Shown piece by piece: positions 7,705 through 18,139 of a stretch of 40,095 nucleotides of DNA. The stretch lies in the IMG/VR virus record IMGVR_UViG_3300008255_000229, positions 1 through 40,095 of that record; one strand, given 5' to 3'. The notes below the pieces were generated by a model, which was given only the letters and a program-made list of their open reading frames with translations, was not told the DNA's origin and ran no database searches. Position numbers and translations under genes: made by a program. This DNA comes from a virus (Duplodnaviria; Caudoviricetes). Each line of letters opens with the position of its first letter. The first letter of the stretch is position 1.

Positions 7705-8936
7705 TATGAATCATCCGCTGCGTTGATGGTGATAAACAATTCGACGCCGAGCAGAAGGGCGTCCTCAGATGCCGTGTCGTTGGCATCGGCGACATCCCGA
7801 TAAACCCGGATGTAGGACAGATCCCCGGATGCCGGTGACCCGGCAAACGTCATGGCGCTGGTTGTCGGCGACGTGTATTGGTCTTCCGCCGTCGATTGGT
7901 TCAAGTCGGTGGCAATAACCGCCGTACCGTAAGCAACGTCGATTGAATCCCCATCGGAAACAGACACCCCCTGAATGCCCCATGTAACGCCGTCGGCATC
8001 TGTCGCTGTTGATGTCCACCTGAAACGGGCCGTGACTGTGCCCTCATCCCACGACGGCGGCATGGCTATTTGAGCCTGTGCGTTTTCCTGTGTAGACGCG
8101 TCGAACGCCAAAGCCACAATATCAGGCCTTCCTGACGTTGTTTCCGTTGACGCTACGGTTGCACATCCATTCGTAACCGTTGGTTTGAACGCAACGGCTG
8201 GTATCCAAATTGTATGCGTACCCTGCTTTATGATCCCAGTGGCGACTGCGTCCGTGCCATCCCCGACAAGAGCATTGCCGCTGGTCGAGATATCGACCGC
8301 CGCAGCCGCATCGGAAGAATTCCCCGCGAAGGCGGAACCTCGGGCCAAGGTTGACGTAAGCGCCCCAAGCGTCGTGCGAGCGTTCGCCGCCGTAGTGTCG
8401 TCAAGAACGGTTTCCATGAAAGAGGAAACATTGAAATACGTGTCTGTATTCGGCGTCAGATTTGCAAGCGTCGTGCTGTCCCAGCCGAGAACCTTCCCAT
8501 CGGAAGGCTCAGGAACTGTCTTGCCGGTCGTCGCGGACGACTCCGCAAACTTCAGGGAGCGGTCAAGTTCCTCGTCCTTCTGCTGCACAAGGCGGACAAT
8601 CTTGTCAAATTGTTCCTCGACAGAGGCGGACGGAAACTCACCACCCAGCGGAAGGAATGTATTCTGCACGTCGGACAAGTTTGACTTGATGGTGAGTGTG
8701 GTTCCAGAGGCCGGAGTATAGTCGGTCGGGCTTGTGCTGACCGTGACCGTCCCCGTCGATCCGTCCCCACCGGAAACGGTGTACTGCGTTCCGCGAACCC
8801 ACACTTCCTCAACGCCGCCGGTGGTCAGGATCACGCGCAGATCGTCCGCATCCCAGAATACGAAATTCACGGCAAACGATACGGTCGATCCATCGCCGGA
8901 ATACTGGACCTTGTTTGTGGTCGATGTAAGGGTCAT
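7704..8936 (-). CDS. Tail fibre protein with T7 gp17-like N-terminal adaptor domain
   Basis: Y.GDGST..F...F......DL.V and E..FDK.....QQ N-terminal motifs; AARTTLG repeat; Ser/Thr-rich. Confidence 0.85.
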   Translation of the reverse strand: MTLTSTTNKVQYSGDGSTVSFAVNFVFWDADDLRVILTTGGVEEVWVRGTQYTVSGGDGSTGTVTVSTSPTDYTPASGTTLTIKSNLSDVQNTFLPLGGEFPSASVEEQFDKIVRLVQQKDEELDRSLKFAESSATTGKTVPEPSDGKVLGWDSTTLANLTPNTDTYFNVSSFMETVLDDTTAANARTTLGALTSTLARGSAFAGNSSDAAAAVDISTSGNALVGDGTDAVATGIIKQGTHTIWIPAVAFKPTVTNGCATVASTETTSGRPDIVALAFDASTQENAQAQIAMPPSWDEGTVTARFRWTSTATDADGVTWGIQGVSVSDGDSIDVAYGTAVIATDLNQSTAEDQYTSPTTSAMTFAGSPASGDLSYIRVYRDVADANDTASEDALLLGVELFITINAADDS

Positions 8937-8955
8937 GGCGTGGCTTCCTGTTACC

Positions 8956-11715
8956 TTATGGATTCTGCTCGGTATCGGCGGGCTCGATAAAATTGATCCC
9001 GGCCTGAATCATGTATGCGTGGATTTGGCGGGCCAATTTCAGCCCCTCGCTTGGCGTTTTCGGCTTCCGCAGGAGCATGGCCGCAAACTTGGGGTCTAGT
9101 GCCGCTTCAATAAGCACGTCGCGGACCTTCGTTTGCGGAAGCTTCCCGAAGACATTTCTTGCGAACGACGAGCCGCGCCCAGCGGCAACCAGTGTCGCCC
9201 CGCTTGTTTCGCCCGCGACAGACGCCCCGGCTTTTGCCCCCGCAATTCTCAGAACCATATCGAAAAGAGCGTCCGGGCTGCGTTCAAGCGCATTAAGCGC
9301 ATCGCCGCCGCGCTGCAAGGCATCGGCTATTTCGTCTGCTCTCGAAAACAAGGTTTGTAGGCGGGAGACATCATCCGCCTTGAACACGCCGTCCGCCTTA
9401 AGAACATCGACAACGGACGGCCCGTTCGGACGCATTGGATCAAACAAAGCGGCCCTCATTTTCGGTAGAGAGATTTGCCCCGTGCTGCCCGTCGCCTTTC
9501 TGACCACATCATCGAATACAGCAGCCTTCATGCCTTCGATGGCTTCCGCTCCACCCCGCTTCGCAAGCTTGACGATTTCCTTCAAGTCGCCTGCCGGGGT
9601 GGAGCCTGATATTGCTGACCGGATTGCATCTGATGGGCTTTCAATCCCCGCAATACGTGAGAATGCGGCCTGCCGCTCAATGGCCTTCGTCGCGCCGCTG
9701 ACAACGCGCTCCATCGCACGACGCGCCTGTTCTGTTTTGACGGCGGCGGTTATATCGGCCTTTGCTTCTGGGAATCGGTTAATAATAACCGCATTGTCCC
9801 TAATGAACCGACTCAGGCGAGCCGGATTGACAAGCCCGGTCGTCGGGTCAATGGCTTGGGACGCGGCAATTCGGATAAGTCGCTGTTGGGCGTCAAGCAT
9901 CACGCCTACATTCTTCGCGGCATCGGGAGAATCAAGCCCGCGTGTAGCCATGAATTGTGTCGCGTTTTCCAATTCCAGAAGGCGCAAATCGGCACCTTCT
10001 TTGCCGGTTCCCAGGGCGCGGCGCATAACCAGCTCAGGTGGAATGCGTTGGGCACCTGTTCTTGTTTGCCCCATGACCGTCCCGGCGAATGTGCGGGTGA
10101 ACGTGTCGTGCAGTTCACGGGAAAAAGTCCGCGCATTTGTATAGGCATCCGCCACTTCACCAGATGATGTGCTGAAAGCGCTATCCAGGTCATCAAGAGA
10201 CGCCTCCGCAAGTTCACCAAGAATGCGGGCATCATTGAATTTTCCCTGCGAAGCGGCCTCGCGCGCAAGAGCAAGCGACCGGCTGCGGAAGCGCAAAACC
10301 TCTGTCGCCGTGGTCGCCCCGTTTCCCTTATTCATGCGGGAAACGAACCCCTCGATTACATCGGGGATAGGCTCTTCCGGCAGAAGTTCCGACCGTATGG
10401 ATTTATAGCGGTCCAGAATAGACGGAACGGTAACTATCGTGTCCTTCGGAACAGCCCCCCATAGATCGTTTTCCGCTGCCCTGGCGTCCTTTAGTGCCTG
10501 CTCGACCGCATCCCCGGCCTGCTTGCCAAGCGTTGACATTGCGCCAGGGTCGTCCCGTGAAATCTTCCGCGCGGCATCAATAGCTTCCTGCTCCGCTGAA
10601 CGGGCGCGAGACGACAAGAGAACCCGGAAATATCGCGCCCGAAGTTCTGCCGCCGTCCGCAGTGCATTAGGATCACCTGTTCCCCGCAAAGCCGTTGCCA
10701 TGCTTTCGATTGAGCGCAAGCTGTCCTGTGACCGTCTTGCGGCTTCCGCCCCAAATTTTGCGCTTTCGGAAGCCAGCTTGGCCTCTAGTGCCAGAAGCCC
10801 AGGCGAGCCCGTCTTTTGCCCTGCGGTAAGGTTGACCCCCGGAATGTCCGTTTCGTCCAACATCCGGGCAACCATTTCGGGACGCTCGCCAGCCTCCTCC
10901 ATAACCTCAGCAAGAAGCTTCGCCGCCCTGGTTTCGCGCCCGGCGCTGCTCATGGACTGCATGACCGAATTTGCCGCATCCATCGTTCCCCGCGCAGCGC
11001 CGATTGCAAGGCGAGTAGGATTGAAAAATCCACCCGCGATTTCCGCCGCAATTCGCGGCCCCGTCTGACCGGGGAGAAATGCCTCCGAAACTCCACCAGC
11101 TACTGCGGACCCCGCAACGGCAGCGCCTTCCGCCGCACTGAATGCAATCGGCGCTCGGGCTGAGTAGTCCACGATCTTGTTAAGGAAATTCCCAACCACT
11201 GATGGAGGCAGACGTGCCCCAGCCCTGGCAGCAGCAAGAGGAACACCAGCTATGGGGACGCTGGTGCCTACAACTTCACCAGCCACAGAAAACGGGCGCA
11301 ATGCAGGGTCCAGTTCCTCGGTTTCCGGCGTCCCCATCTGCCGTTTTGCCTCGCGCCCGGCCATGAACCCGGCACCCGCCCCGATTGCGGCCCCCAAGGG
11401 CACCGTAACAGGCGCGGCGGGGCCGCCAAGAGCGCCAATCTGAGCCCCCATGACCATTCCGCCTACCGTCAGGCCGGTTTCGACCGCCCCGCCCGTTGCA
11501 GAACGCGAAAAAGTGGCAAGTTTTTCCGTCGCAGTAGGTTCGACAATCGGAAATTCGCCAAAATCATCCGTCTTGGCCTCGGGGGAGGCAGAGACAATCG
11601 GAAATTCATCAAATCCATCGCCGGTTTGCGCCGGATTTGCCTCTCCGACACCCGGAACACCGCCCGGAACGGGAGTCGGTTCCTGTCCTGCCTGAATTTC
11701 AGTGATATCAGCCAT
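8956..11715 (-). CDS. Large internal virion/DNA-ejection protein
   Basis: 919 aa, Ala/Gly-rich, hydrophobic GA.IGA..G stretch; third gene of the ejection-protein cluster. Confidence 0.7.
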   Translation of the reverse strand: MADITEIQAGQEPTPVPGGVPGVGEANPAQTGDGFDEFPIVSASPEAKTDDFGEFPIVEPTATEKLATFSRSATGGAVETGLTVGGMVMGAQIGALGGPAAPVTVPLGAAIGAGAGFMAGREAKRQMGTPETEELDPALRPFSVAGEVVGTSVPIAGVPLAAARAGARLPPSVVGNFLNKIVDYSARAPIAFSAAEGAAVAGSAVAGGVSEAFLPGQTGPRIAAEIAGGFFNPTRLAIGAARGTMDAANSVMQSMSSAGRETRAAKLLAEVMEEAGERPEMVARMLDETDIPGVNLTAGQKTGSPGLLALEAKLASESAKFGAEAARRSQDSLRSIESMATALRGTGDPNALRTAAELRARYFRVLLSSRARSAEQEAIDAARKISRDDPGAMSTLGKQAGDAVEQALKDARAAENDLWGAVPKDTIVTVPSILDRYKSIRSELLPEEPIPDVIEGFVSRMNKGNGATTATEVLRFRSRSLALAREAASQGKFNDARILGELAEASLDDLDSAFSTSSGEVADAYTNARTFSRELHDTFTRTFAGTVMGQTRTGAQRIPPELVMRRALGTGKEGADLRLLELENATQFMATRGLDSPDAAKNVGVMLDAQQRLIRIAASQAIDPTTGLVNPARLSRFIRDNAVIINRFPEAKADITAAVKTEQARRAMERVVSGATKAIERQAAFSRIAGIESPSDAIRSAISGSTPAGDLKEIVKLAKRGGAEAIEGMKAAVFDDVVRKATGSTGQISLPKMRAALFDPMRPNGPSVVDVLKADGVFKADDVSRLQTLFSRADEIADALQRGGDALNALERSPDALFDMVLRIAGAKAGASVAGETSGATLVAAGRGSSFARNVFGKLPQTKVRDVLIEAALDPKFAAMLLRKPKTPSEGLKLARQIHAYMIQAGINFIEPADTEQNP

Positions 11716-13580
11716 TATGGAACCGACCTGATATTGCCGTTATTGTCGATGAATTGATCGCCTGATTTCAACTGCCCGTCAGACACGGCCTTCCTGACTT
11801 CATCCGGCGTCTTGAACCTGGGCGGAACGCCGAGACTGGCCCTGAATTTGACAAGACCGTTTAGAACATTCATTGCCTGAATTCGCTCTTCCCTGCCGAC
11901 GCGGTTGCTCTGTGCCGTCTGAAATGCGTTCCGTTCCCTGACTTCAAGGGCCTGGTCAATGGCGATCAGCCTGTTGCGAAAAGCGGTAGGCGTATCGAAA
12001 ATTTGAGGCTTGATGTTTATTTCCTTTTCGATGTCTATACGCTCACCCTCTGCGTATTTAGGATTGTTTTGCAAAACCCGAACGAGCTCGCGCTGCACAA
12101 GCGGGATAAAGTTTCTGGCCTGCGTTATTTGTTGAGACGGGAAGATATCGCCGATGATAGGTGTGCGCCCAACTGCCTCGCCGATTGCCGGAACGGGGCC
12201 GGTGGATATGCCGGACAGATCCCATATTGTCTGATCCGGGGCCTCGGCATTGCCGGGCGAGGTTGCTTCCGCCCCCCCCTGCCCTGGCTGTCCTGTTCCG
12301 AATGCATCGTTTTGACCATCGGAGGCTGACACACCCCTCCGCTGCATTACGTCTCGAACAAACGGGGGGAGTTCCGGCCTGCGGGTTTCAATAAGCCCCG
12401 TATCCGGGTTTTGAATCGTCGTCGGCTGCGTGTATTGCGTGACGGCGGAAATAAACCGGCGTTCCTCGGCAGGCGACAGAAGCCCCGCCCCAAATGCCTC
12501 CGCGTTTTCCGTCATAATTTCAAGAGCGCGGCCCGTAATTCCAGTCCCGAACTCACTTCCGGCAACTCCGGCAACTCTTGCACGTTCAGATTCCGAAAGG
12601 GGGCGTCCAAGCGCCGATTCCACCTCAGCAATTTTGCCGGATACGGTTTGCCTTCCTTCCGCAGGCTGGACCCCGGCAATTTTTGCGCGTTCCGCCGGGG
12701 TTGCCTTGCGGCCAAGGATAAACTCAGCCTCTGCGATCTTTCTCGCCCCCGCCGTCGCCGCTTCCGCCATCTTGTCGCGGACGGACATGACGCGGCGCTT
12801 GAGCCGCGATGCCGTGTCCCCATCAAGAACATCTGACGCGCCTGGAATCGAAAGAACCCGCTCTGCTCCGTCTGCTGAACCCTGGTCAAGAAGGGCCGTC
12901 GCCGCCTCGGCGATGATCTGCGCCCGCCCGGCTTGCCTGAATCCGGCCTCCTCGTCCGGGGACAGGGCGGGGGCCATGTCATCAATCGTGGCGTCAAGAG
13001 ATTCAAAAAGTTCCGGTATTTCCTGTGGAAATTCTACGGCCCTGGCAACAAGTTGAGACGATGCCTTGCCCACCTCCTTGGAAACAAGCTTTCTTTGTTC
13101 TTGGACGCTTGCAATGGCGGCGCGGTCCAGGGCGATAGACCTGACCCCCTCAAGGCGCGCGTCCACGCGAAGCTTAAATCCTTCATTATCGGAAAATCGG
13201 CCAAGCGTTTCCGCCTTGTTCTTTTCCAGGAAGTCCCTATACGCATTAAGGGTGTCTTCCGAGGAAAGGTCTTCCTCGGTCGAAATCCTGCGAAATTCTG
13301 TATTCGCCGCTTCGTTGTACTGGCTGACAGAACGGGCAAGCTCGACCGCATCCTTGCGGGACTGCATTCTCTGTTCGGCTTGCGCCAATTGATCGGAGAA
13401 TACTTCAATTCCCCGCGCCGCTTCCTGCAATGCGGAACCGCCGCTATCGAAGGCCCCTTGCGGAACGCGAACACCGGGATCGGAAGCGCCCCGCACGGTC
13501 GGCACGTTCTCGACGCCCGGAAGGTTAATCCCCCGATCCGTCCGCTCCGGCCCGACGCTGCGCCTTGGAATAAGAACCAT
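11715..13580 (-). CDS. Internal virion/DNA-ejection protein
   Basis: 621 aa, helical; C-terminal LKSGDQFID.NG..R motif; synteny with podovirus core proteins. Confidence 0.7.
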   Translation of the reverse strand: MVLIPRRSVGPERTDRGINLPGVENVPTVRGASDPGVRVPQGAFDSGGSALQEAARGIEVFSDQLAQAEQRMQSRKDAVELARSVSQYNEAANTEFRRISTEEDLSSEDTLNAYRDFLEKNKAETLGRFSDNEGFKLRVDARLEGVRSIALDRAAIASVQEQRKLVSKEVGKASSQLVARAVEFPQEIPELFESLDATIDDMAPALSPDEEAGFRQAGRAQIIAEAATALLDQGSADGAERVLSIPGASDVLDGDTASRLKRRVMSVRDKMAEAATAGARKIAEAEFILGRKATPAERAKIAGVQPAEGRQTVSGKIAEVESALGRPLSESERARVAGVAGSEFGTGITGRALEIMTENAEAFGAGLLSPAEERRFISAVTQYTQPTTIQNPDTGLIETRRPELPPFVRDVMQRRGVSASDGQNDAFGTGQPGQGGAEATSPGNAEAPDQTIWDLSGISTGPVPAIGEAVGRTPIIGDIFPSQQITQARNFIPLVQRELVRVLQNNPKYAEGERIDIEKEINIKPQIFDTPTAFRNRLIAIDQALEVRERNAFQTAQSNRVGREERIQAMNVLNGLVKFRASLGVPPRFKTPDEVRKAVSDGQLKSGDQFIDNNGNIRSVP

Positions 13581-13593
13581 GTTACCGCGCTCC

Positions 13594-14037
13594 TTACTTG
13601 AATACCTTGCCCGCGCCCGTCAGAAGCGACGAACCGGCCCTGAAAAATCCCCCCGTCCTGGCATTGCGGCCTGCCGCCCGCTCAAGAGCCGCAGACTGTT
13701 CGAGCCTCGTCGCGGACAATTCCCCGCCCGACCGCAAGCGCAATGCCTGCAACTCGACCTCGCCCGCGAAATCCTCGCTTGCCAGAAGCGGCGAACCGGT
13801 GCCCATCTCAACGCCTGTAGCGCCCCCCAGGGCGCGGCGACGTGCCATCAGGCGGCTTTGCTCCCGGCGGAAGTCCTCTTCGCGTTGTGTGGCTTCCTGG
13901 CGTTCCCTGTCGGCCTGCTGCTGCATGACGGCTGACTGGAACTTGGATTGCTTGGAAGCGGCCATCCCGCTGGAAATCGCACCGGCGGCCCCGACAACGG
14001 CGCTAAGGCCGGTAAGGATTGTTGAAAATTGGGCCAT
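13594..14037 (-). CDS. Internal virion protein (T7 gp14/P22 gp7-like)
   Basis: Ala/Gly hydrophobic N-terminus; GATGV..GTGSPL motif. Confidence 0.75.
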   Translation of the reverse strand: MAQFSTILTGLSAVVGAAGAISSGMAASKQSKFQSAVMQQQADRERQEATQREEDFRREQSRLMARRRALGGATGVEMGTGSPLLASEDFAGEVELQALRLRSGGELSATRLEQSAALERAAGRNARTGGFFRAGSSLLTGAGKVFK

Positions 14038-14492
14038 TACATCACCCCCGAGTAAGCCGTCTCGACTTCCCGCAGCCCCATCGCGCGGTAAACGTCATGC
14101 AACTTCGCCGGACTGGATTTCAGACGCTTGAACGTCACCATGCGAACCCTGCCGGACATTTCCCCTTTGACGGCCTTGATAAGCCGGAGTGCCGTTGCTT
14201 TCGGCGCGTCCTTGGAAGCCCAAAAGAACAACTCATCGGCGCATGTAAGGGCAGGGTTCCAGAGGTGCGGGCCAATGACCATGCCGAGGCCGCCGACAAT
14301 CCTTCCGTCATGCTCGGCAACCGTGACCTCGACATTCTCCCAGGACAAAACCCGTCCAATCGCCTCGATAAACGCATCATCCGTTTCCGGCATGAAGTCC
14401 GTATTATCCATGCGCGACACGAAATCACGCGCCCCGTCCATGATGGCCAGCGCATCCCGCTCGATATCGGCTTTTCTGATTATCATTGTCAT
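14037..14492 (-). CDS. GNAT-fold acetyltransferase-like virion assembly protein
   Basis: IRKA...D, VAEHDGRIVG, E.FFW and Y...G...E..Y motifs; lies between nozzle and ejection genes. Confidence 0.7.
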   Translation of the reverse strand: MTMIIRKADIERDALAIMDGARDFVSRMDNTDFMPETDDAFIEAIGRVLSWENVEVTVAEHDGRIVGGLGMVIGPHLWNPALTCADELFFWASKDAPKATALRLIKAVKGEMSGRVRMVTFKRLKSSPAKLHDVYRAMGLREVETAYSGVM

Positions 14493-16999
14493 TTCAACGC
14501 ATTCATCTGGATTTCGGGGGCAATGGCGAGTAGCGTGAAGGGTGCCGGAGCATCGCTTTCAACGATGATCCGCGTGTCCGTCCCGTAGTTCCCGTTGAAG
14601 GACAATGTCTGTTCGCCCGTAAACAACGGAACCTGTTCATCCATTTCGTCGGAAACCTGCCTGAAATCCTTGGTCAGCAAGTTTCCGGTGTCAGGGCCGT
14701 AGGACATGATGTGGCTGTTCAAAAGGGCGAAGGTGGCACCGTAAATCCGTTTTTTCTTACCTACCGACGTGCCCGCCGGGTTGCCGCCCTCGACCTTCAA
14801 GGTTTTCAGCCTATGGGTATAGGCCAATCCGACCTGGACCACGGACGCCGCGATATCCAACGTGATCGCCCCGGATGCAACTGTCTTGCTGGCCTGAATG
14901 GACCCGTCCGCCCATATCCTGACCGTCTCGCCCTCCAAGTGGTCCAGGCCCGTAATGCTGGCGGTTGATGCTCCATCGTAGGTAATCAGGCTATCCGCGT
15001 AGTAGGCATCTTCCTGGTCATGGCCGTTCTCGTAATCGCGCTCGAAAAACTCGATGTAGCGGGCCGTATTCCCGTCAATCGTCCGCTTGACCTGGACCCA
15101 GACTTCATCCCGATCCGAGGAATCGTGCGTCTGGCCGGAACCATCATTACCAGGGATAACCACGACACTTTCCACCACCGCATCGCCTGAGCCGAAAGAC
15201 CCGCCGATGATGTTGCGGGACCAACCGACGACATCCTCATCCCTCCGGTATGTCATCGAAAGCAGAACGCCGTCCGTCCGAACCGCATATAGCGTGCTAT
15301 CCGGTTCCTCGGCATAGTCCATTTCCACGATGCCGCCATAGGTAATGTGCTGCGCCAGACGGGTCATGTCCGGGGCTTTGTAGCCGTCCACGTCGAACGA
15401 AAACCCGAATTCCCTGATCTTCCTGCCTGCCCGTTGAACGAATAGAACAATGTTATCGACCCTGACCGGCTGAATCTTCGCGGAGCCATGCGTCGTCTGC
15501 CTGCGAACAGTGATATCCGTTGGGGTAAGAACGCCGCCGGAAGAGGATGGCACCCACTCCCCGCCAACCGTTCCAATAGCAAGAGTATCTTCCCCCGCCG
15601 AAAGCCAGCGGATCACGTTTACATTGTCGGCGGAAAGCGTGTAGTCGAGCCCGTCGTCGTCTTCCACGGTCGCATTCCATACGCCCGAGGAATTGGCGCT
15701 GTCCGGGGCCATGTTCTCAAAATCGGAGGTCTGAGACGCCCAGAAGGTTTGCGGCTGTTCCGTCGTCCCGGCACAGAACAAGCGCTGTTCGTAAAACGAT
15801 GATGCCTGGGGATATCCCGTGGTGCCGGACCACGACCCGAGCCGCCACGTCGTTTCCGCCGTCGTGACGGTGAACGTGCGCTTTACATCGACCGTAACGA
15901 CGGTGGTAGAGGTCCAACCGACAATAACGCCCCATCCCCAATTGATGGTTGCGCTATCCGTAAGCCGAACCAAACGCCCAACGTCGGTTGTCTTGAACCC
16001 CTCGTCGTCGTTAATGCCGATAATGGACGACGCGGTAAGAGTAACCCCCAACCCTGTTGCGGATGCGGCAGTAAGAGTCGTAGATGTTGAATTCTGTTCC
16101 AGGTAAGGTCCATCCTGCCAAGCGACTTCCGTCAATGACCACGATGTATCCCCGAAACGCTGCAACTTGTAGGTCGGATACGAGGCGTGGAAAAGGTACA
16201 GAACATCGGCGGATTGCGGCCCTTCGATGGTGTAAAGATCGGCCTCAGCATAGGGCGTGTCGATTTCCAATGCCGAATCGTCGATAATCGACACGTCGTC
16301 AATCTGAACAGTCTTGTTCTGATCCGAGCCCCGCGCCAAGAACTGAATGTAGAAAGGCGAGGTCGTCGGCGTAAACGAAATGCAGTGATATCCCACTTCC
16401 CGCTTGGTCACCGCCAGGGTTTGCGCCCCGGTGGACGCCGTTCCAACCTGAAACTCGATCTTATCTCCAGGCGCCCCGATAACACGGAACTTGATGGTAT
16501 GTTCCGTTCCGGTCGCCGTGGTCGTGATGTCCTGCTCTGCCCACCCGATATCGTCTGCGGCAGTGCCGCTTGGGGTCAGGTTAAGCCTGCCGTTCGTGGA
16601 ATCATGGGTAATTTCATTCCCAGCCCCGCCCGTGGACCTGTCGTCCCAATCCGTGATATTCGACGTGAAAGTGCCGTTCGTTACGGCTGCGTCCGTATCG
16701 GCGACCACGACCTGGGCCTGATTGCGGAAAAACCGCATGGCAAGATTGCTGAGTTCCAGGATATACGGCTGCGTTGCCGAGAACTGAAACCGCTTTAGCC
16801 TGCCCTTGACGGACGAACTTTTCGCCGCCGCCACGTACCGTGTTCCCGGCCTCCGCATCGCCCCGCCCTCGGGAAGCGGGCGAAGGTTGAGCATCGTTTC
16901 GACGCCCGCCGGGTACTTCGCAAAATCCGTGCGCGTCGAAAGGCGCGGGGACAATTCCCCAGCATTGAAACTCGGCGCGAGAGGATGAATGCGTGGCAT
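14489..16999 (-). CDS. Tail tubular protein B / nozzle (T7 gp12-like) with an inserted CBM-like domain
   Basis: SFNAGELSPRL..R.D..KY, GG..RRPGT, QSADV and YP....FYEQRL motifs; start 16999 (TAATG overlap). Confidence 0.9.
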   Translation of the reverse strand: MPRIHPLAPSFNAGELSPRLSTRTDFAKYPAGVETMLNLRPLPEGGAMRRPGTRYVAAAKSSSVKGRLKRFQFSATQPYILELSNLAMRFFRNQAQVVVADTDAAVTNGTFTSNITDWDDRSTGGAGNEITHDSTNGRLNLTPSGTAADDIGWAEQDITTTATGTEHTIKFRVIGAPGDKIEFQVGTASTGAQTLAVTKREVGYHCISFTPTTSPFYIQFLARGSDQNKTVQIDDVSIIDDSALEIDTPYAEADLYTIEGPQSADVLYLFHASYPTYKLQRFGDTSWSLTEVAWQDGPYLEQNSTSTTLTAASATGLGVTLTASSIIGINDDEGFKTTDVGRLVRLTDSATINWGWGVIVGWTSTTVVTVDVKRTFTVTTAETTWRLGSWSGTTGYPQASSFYEQRLFCAGTTEQPQTFWASQTSDFENMAPDSANSSGVWNATVEDDDGLDYTLSADNVNVIRWLSAGEDTLAIGTVGGEWVPSSSGGVLTPTDITVRRQTTHGSAKIQPVRVDNIVLFVQRAGRKIREFGFSFDVDGYKAPDMTRLAQHITYGGIVEMDYAEEPDSTLYAVRTDGVLLSMTYRRDEDVVGWSRNIIGGSFGSGDAVVESVVVIPGNDGSGQTHDSSDRDEVWVQVKRTIDGNTARYIEFFERDYENGHDQEDAYYADSLITYDGASTASITGLDHLEGETVRIWADGSIQASKTVASGAITLDIAASVVQVGLAYTHRLKTLKVEGGNPAGTSVGKKKRIYGATFALLNSHIMSYGPDTGNLLTKDFRQVSDEMDEQVPLFTGEQTLSFNGNYGTDTRIIVESDAPAPFTLLAIAPEIQMNALK

Positions 17000-17610
17000 T
17001 AGCGCGGCCACCTTTCAGGCCAGCCGCCATGCCGGGACATGGCCCATGAACCAAGAGGCCGCTGCCTCGGGAAACTACCCATACCGTCTGCGGAACGCGC
17101 CTTGGCAAGCAGCCGTTCCGCTTTCTTGGTCATCACCTCGTGCAGGGTATTGGACGACGCAAGGTCGATGGACAATTCCGCCGCAAGGGCGGCCTCCAGC
17201 GCCTTGCGGAAGTCCGTCGCCATAAGGTTCGGGTCAGTTTCACGCGAAACATACGTCAGGTAAACGTCCTCGGCATCGCTTTCGAGCGCCACTTGGCCGG
17301 ATATCTGCCCTTCCCTGTACAGAAAGGTTCCGGTCCCGCCGTCATTGTCATGCACGGCAACGGTCCGCAGCCAACCGGAAGGCAGGGGATAGGCGTAATC
17401 GAACTCATAGGCCGGGGCTGTGGTGGACCGCGCCAGCTTCACTTTCTTGGTCGCGAATCCCCAGGTGTGCGAGCGAAGCAAATCGTCGCGCAATTCCTCG
17501 TACAAGTCCTGAATCGCGTTTGCCTCATCGCTTCCGTCCGTAAAGGACGTGATGCGGGCCGCGCCAATGAGGCGCAACGCAGCGTTGGCAACGTCTACCT
17601 CACTGGGCAT
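16999..17610 (-). CDS. Tail tubular protein A / adaptor (T7 gp11-like)
   Basis: S.VD.AN.AL..IG...I.SF, LLRSH.W.FA and Y.Y.LP...LR motifs. Confidence 0.9.
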   Translation of the reverse strand: MPSEVDVANAALRLIGAARITSFTDGSDEANAIQDLYEELRDDLLRSHTWGFATKKVKLARSTTAPAYEFDYAYPLPSGWLRTVAVHDNDGGTGTFLYREGQISGQVALESDAEDVYLTYVSRETDPNLMATDFRKALEAALAAELSIDLASSNTLHEVMTKKAERLLAKARSADGMGSFPRQRPLGSWAMSRHGGWPERWPR

Positions 17611-17617
17611 GGCTCAC

Positions 17618-18139
17618 CTATGCAGCCTCGGAACCGGCGATGTAACGCTCCGCCGCTTCCTTGCCGCCGTCCTCTTTCGAGAACGTGGCGACGACAGTTC
17701 CTTCGCCGGTCACAACTTCATGGACCTTGTGGCCCGGATTCCAGCGCACGGAAGGGCCGGAATTGGGTTTTTCGGGGGCAGCAACGTCCGGGGCTCCCGC
17801 TTCCTCGCTTCCCTGGGCCTCCTGGACGCTCACAGGCACAAGCCAGTCGCCGATCATCTCGATACGGCGGCGGAAAGTTTCCTTCGTCACCGTCTGGTAC
17901 GTCGAGACCTCCGACGTTTGAAGCCCGGACATGCACTCGGCAACGATGAACTGCCCGCGATTGAGCAGCGTAGACCGGTCATGCGAGACGAACAGAACGT
18001 CGAACGTGGTGCCGACGCCCCAGCCCTGGGCATCGAGAACGCGCGGAAGCAAAGTCGAAAGATCGACGTTTTCCATGGGTTCGCGGATGTAGATTTGCGG
18101 ATGGTCTGGAGTGACCACGATTTCCGGTTTAACGATCAT
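17618..18139 (-). CDS. Hypothetical protein
   Basis: 173 aa; GAGG RBS; ATGA-coupled within the late operon. Confidence 0.65.
   Translation of the reverse strand: MIVKPEIVVTPDHPQIYIREPMENVDLSTLLPRVLDAQGWGVGTTFDVLFVSHDRSTLLNRGQFIVAECMSGLQTSEVSTYQTVTKETFRRRIEMIGDWLVPVSVQEAQGSEEAGAPDVAAPEKPNSGPSVRWNPGHKVHEVVTGEGTVVATFSKEDGGKEAAERYIAGSEAA

Noticed and set aside
9011-13601. Long + strand ORFs opposite the internal virion genes
   Set aside because: GC-rich antisense shadows with no RBS or motifs.
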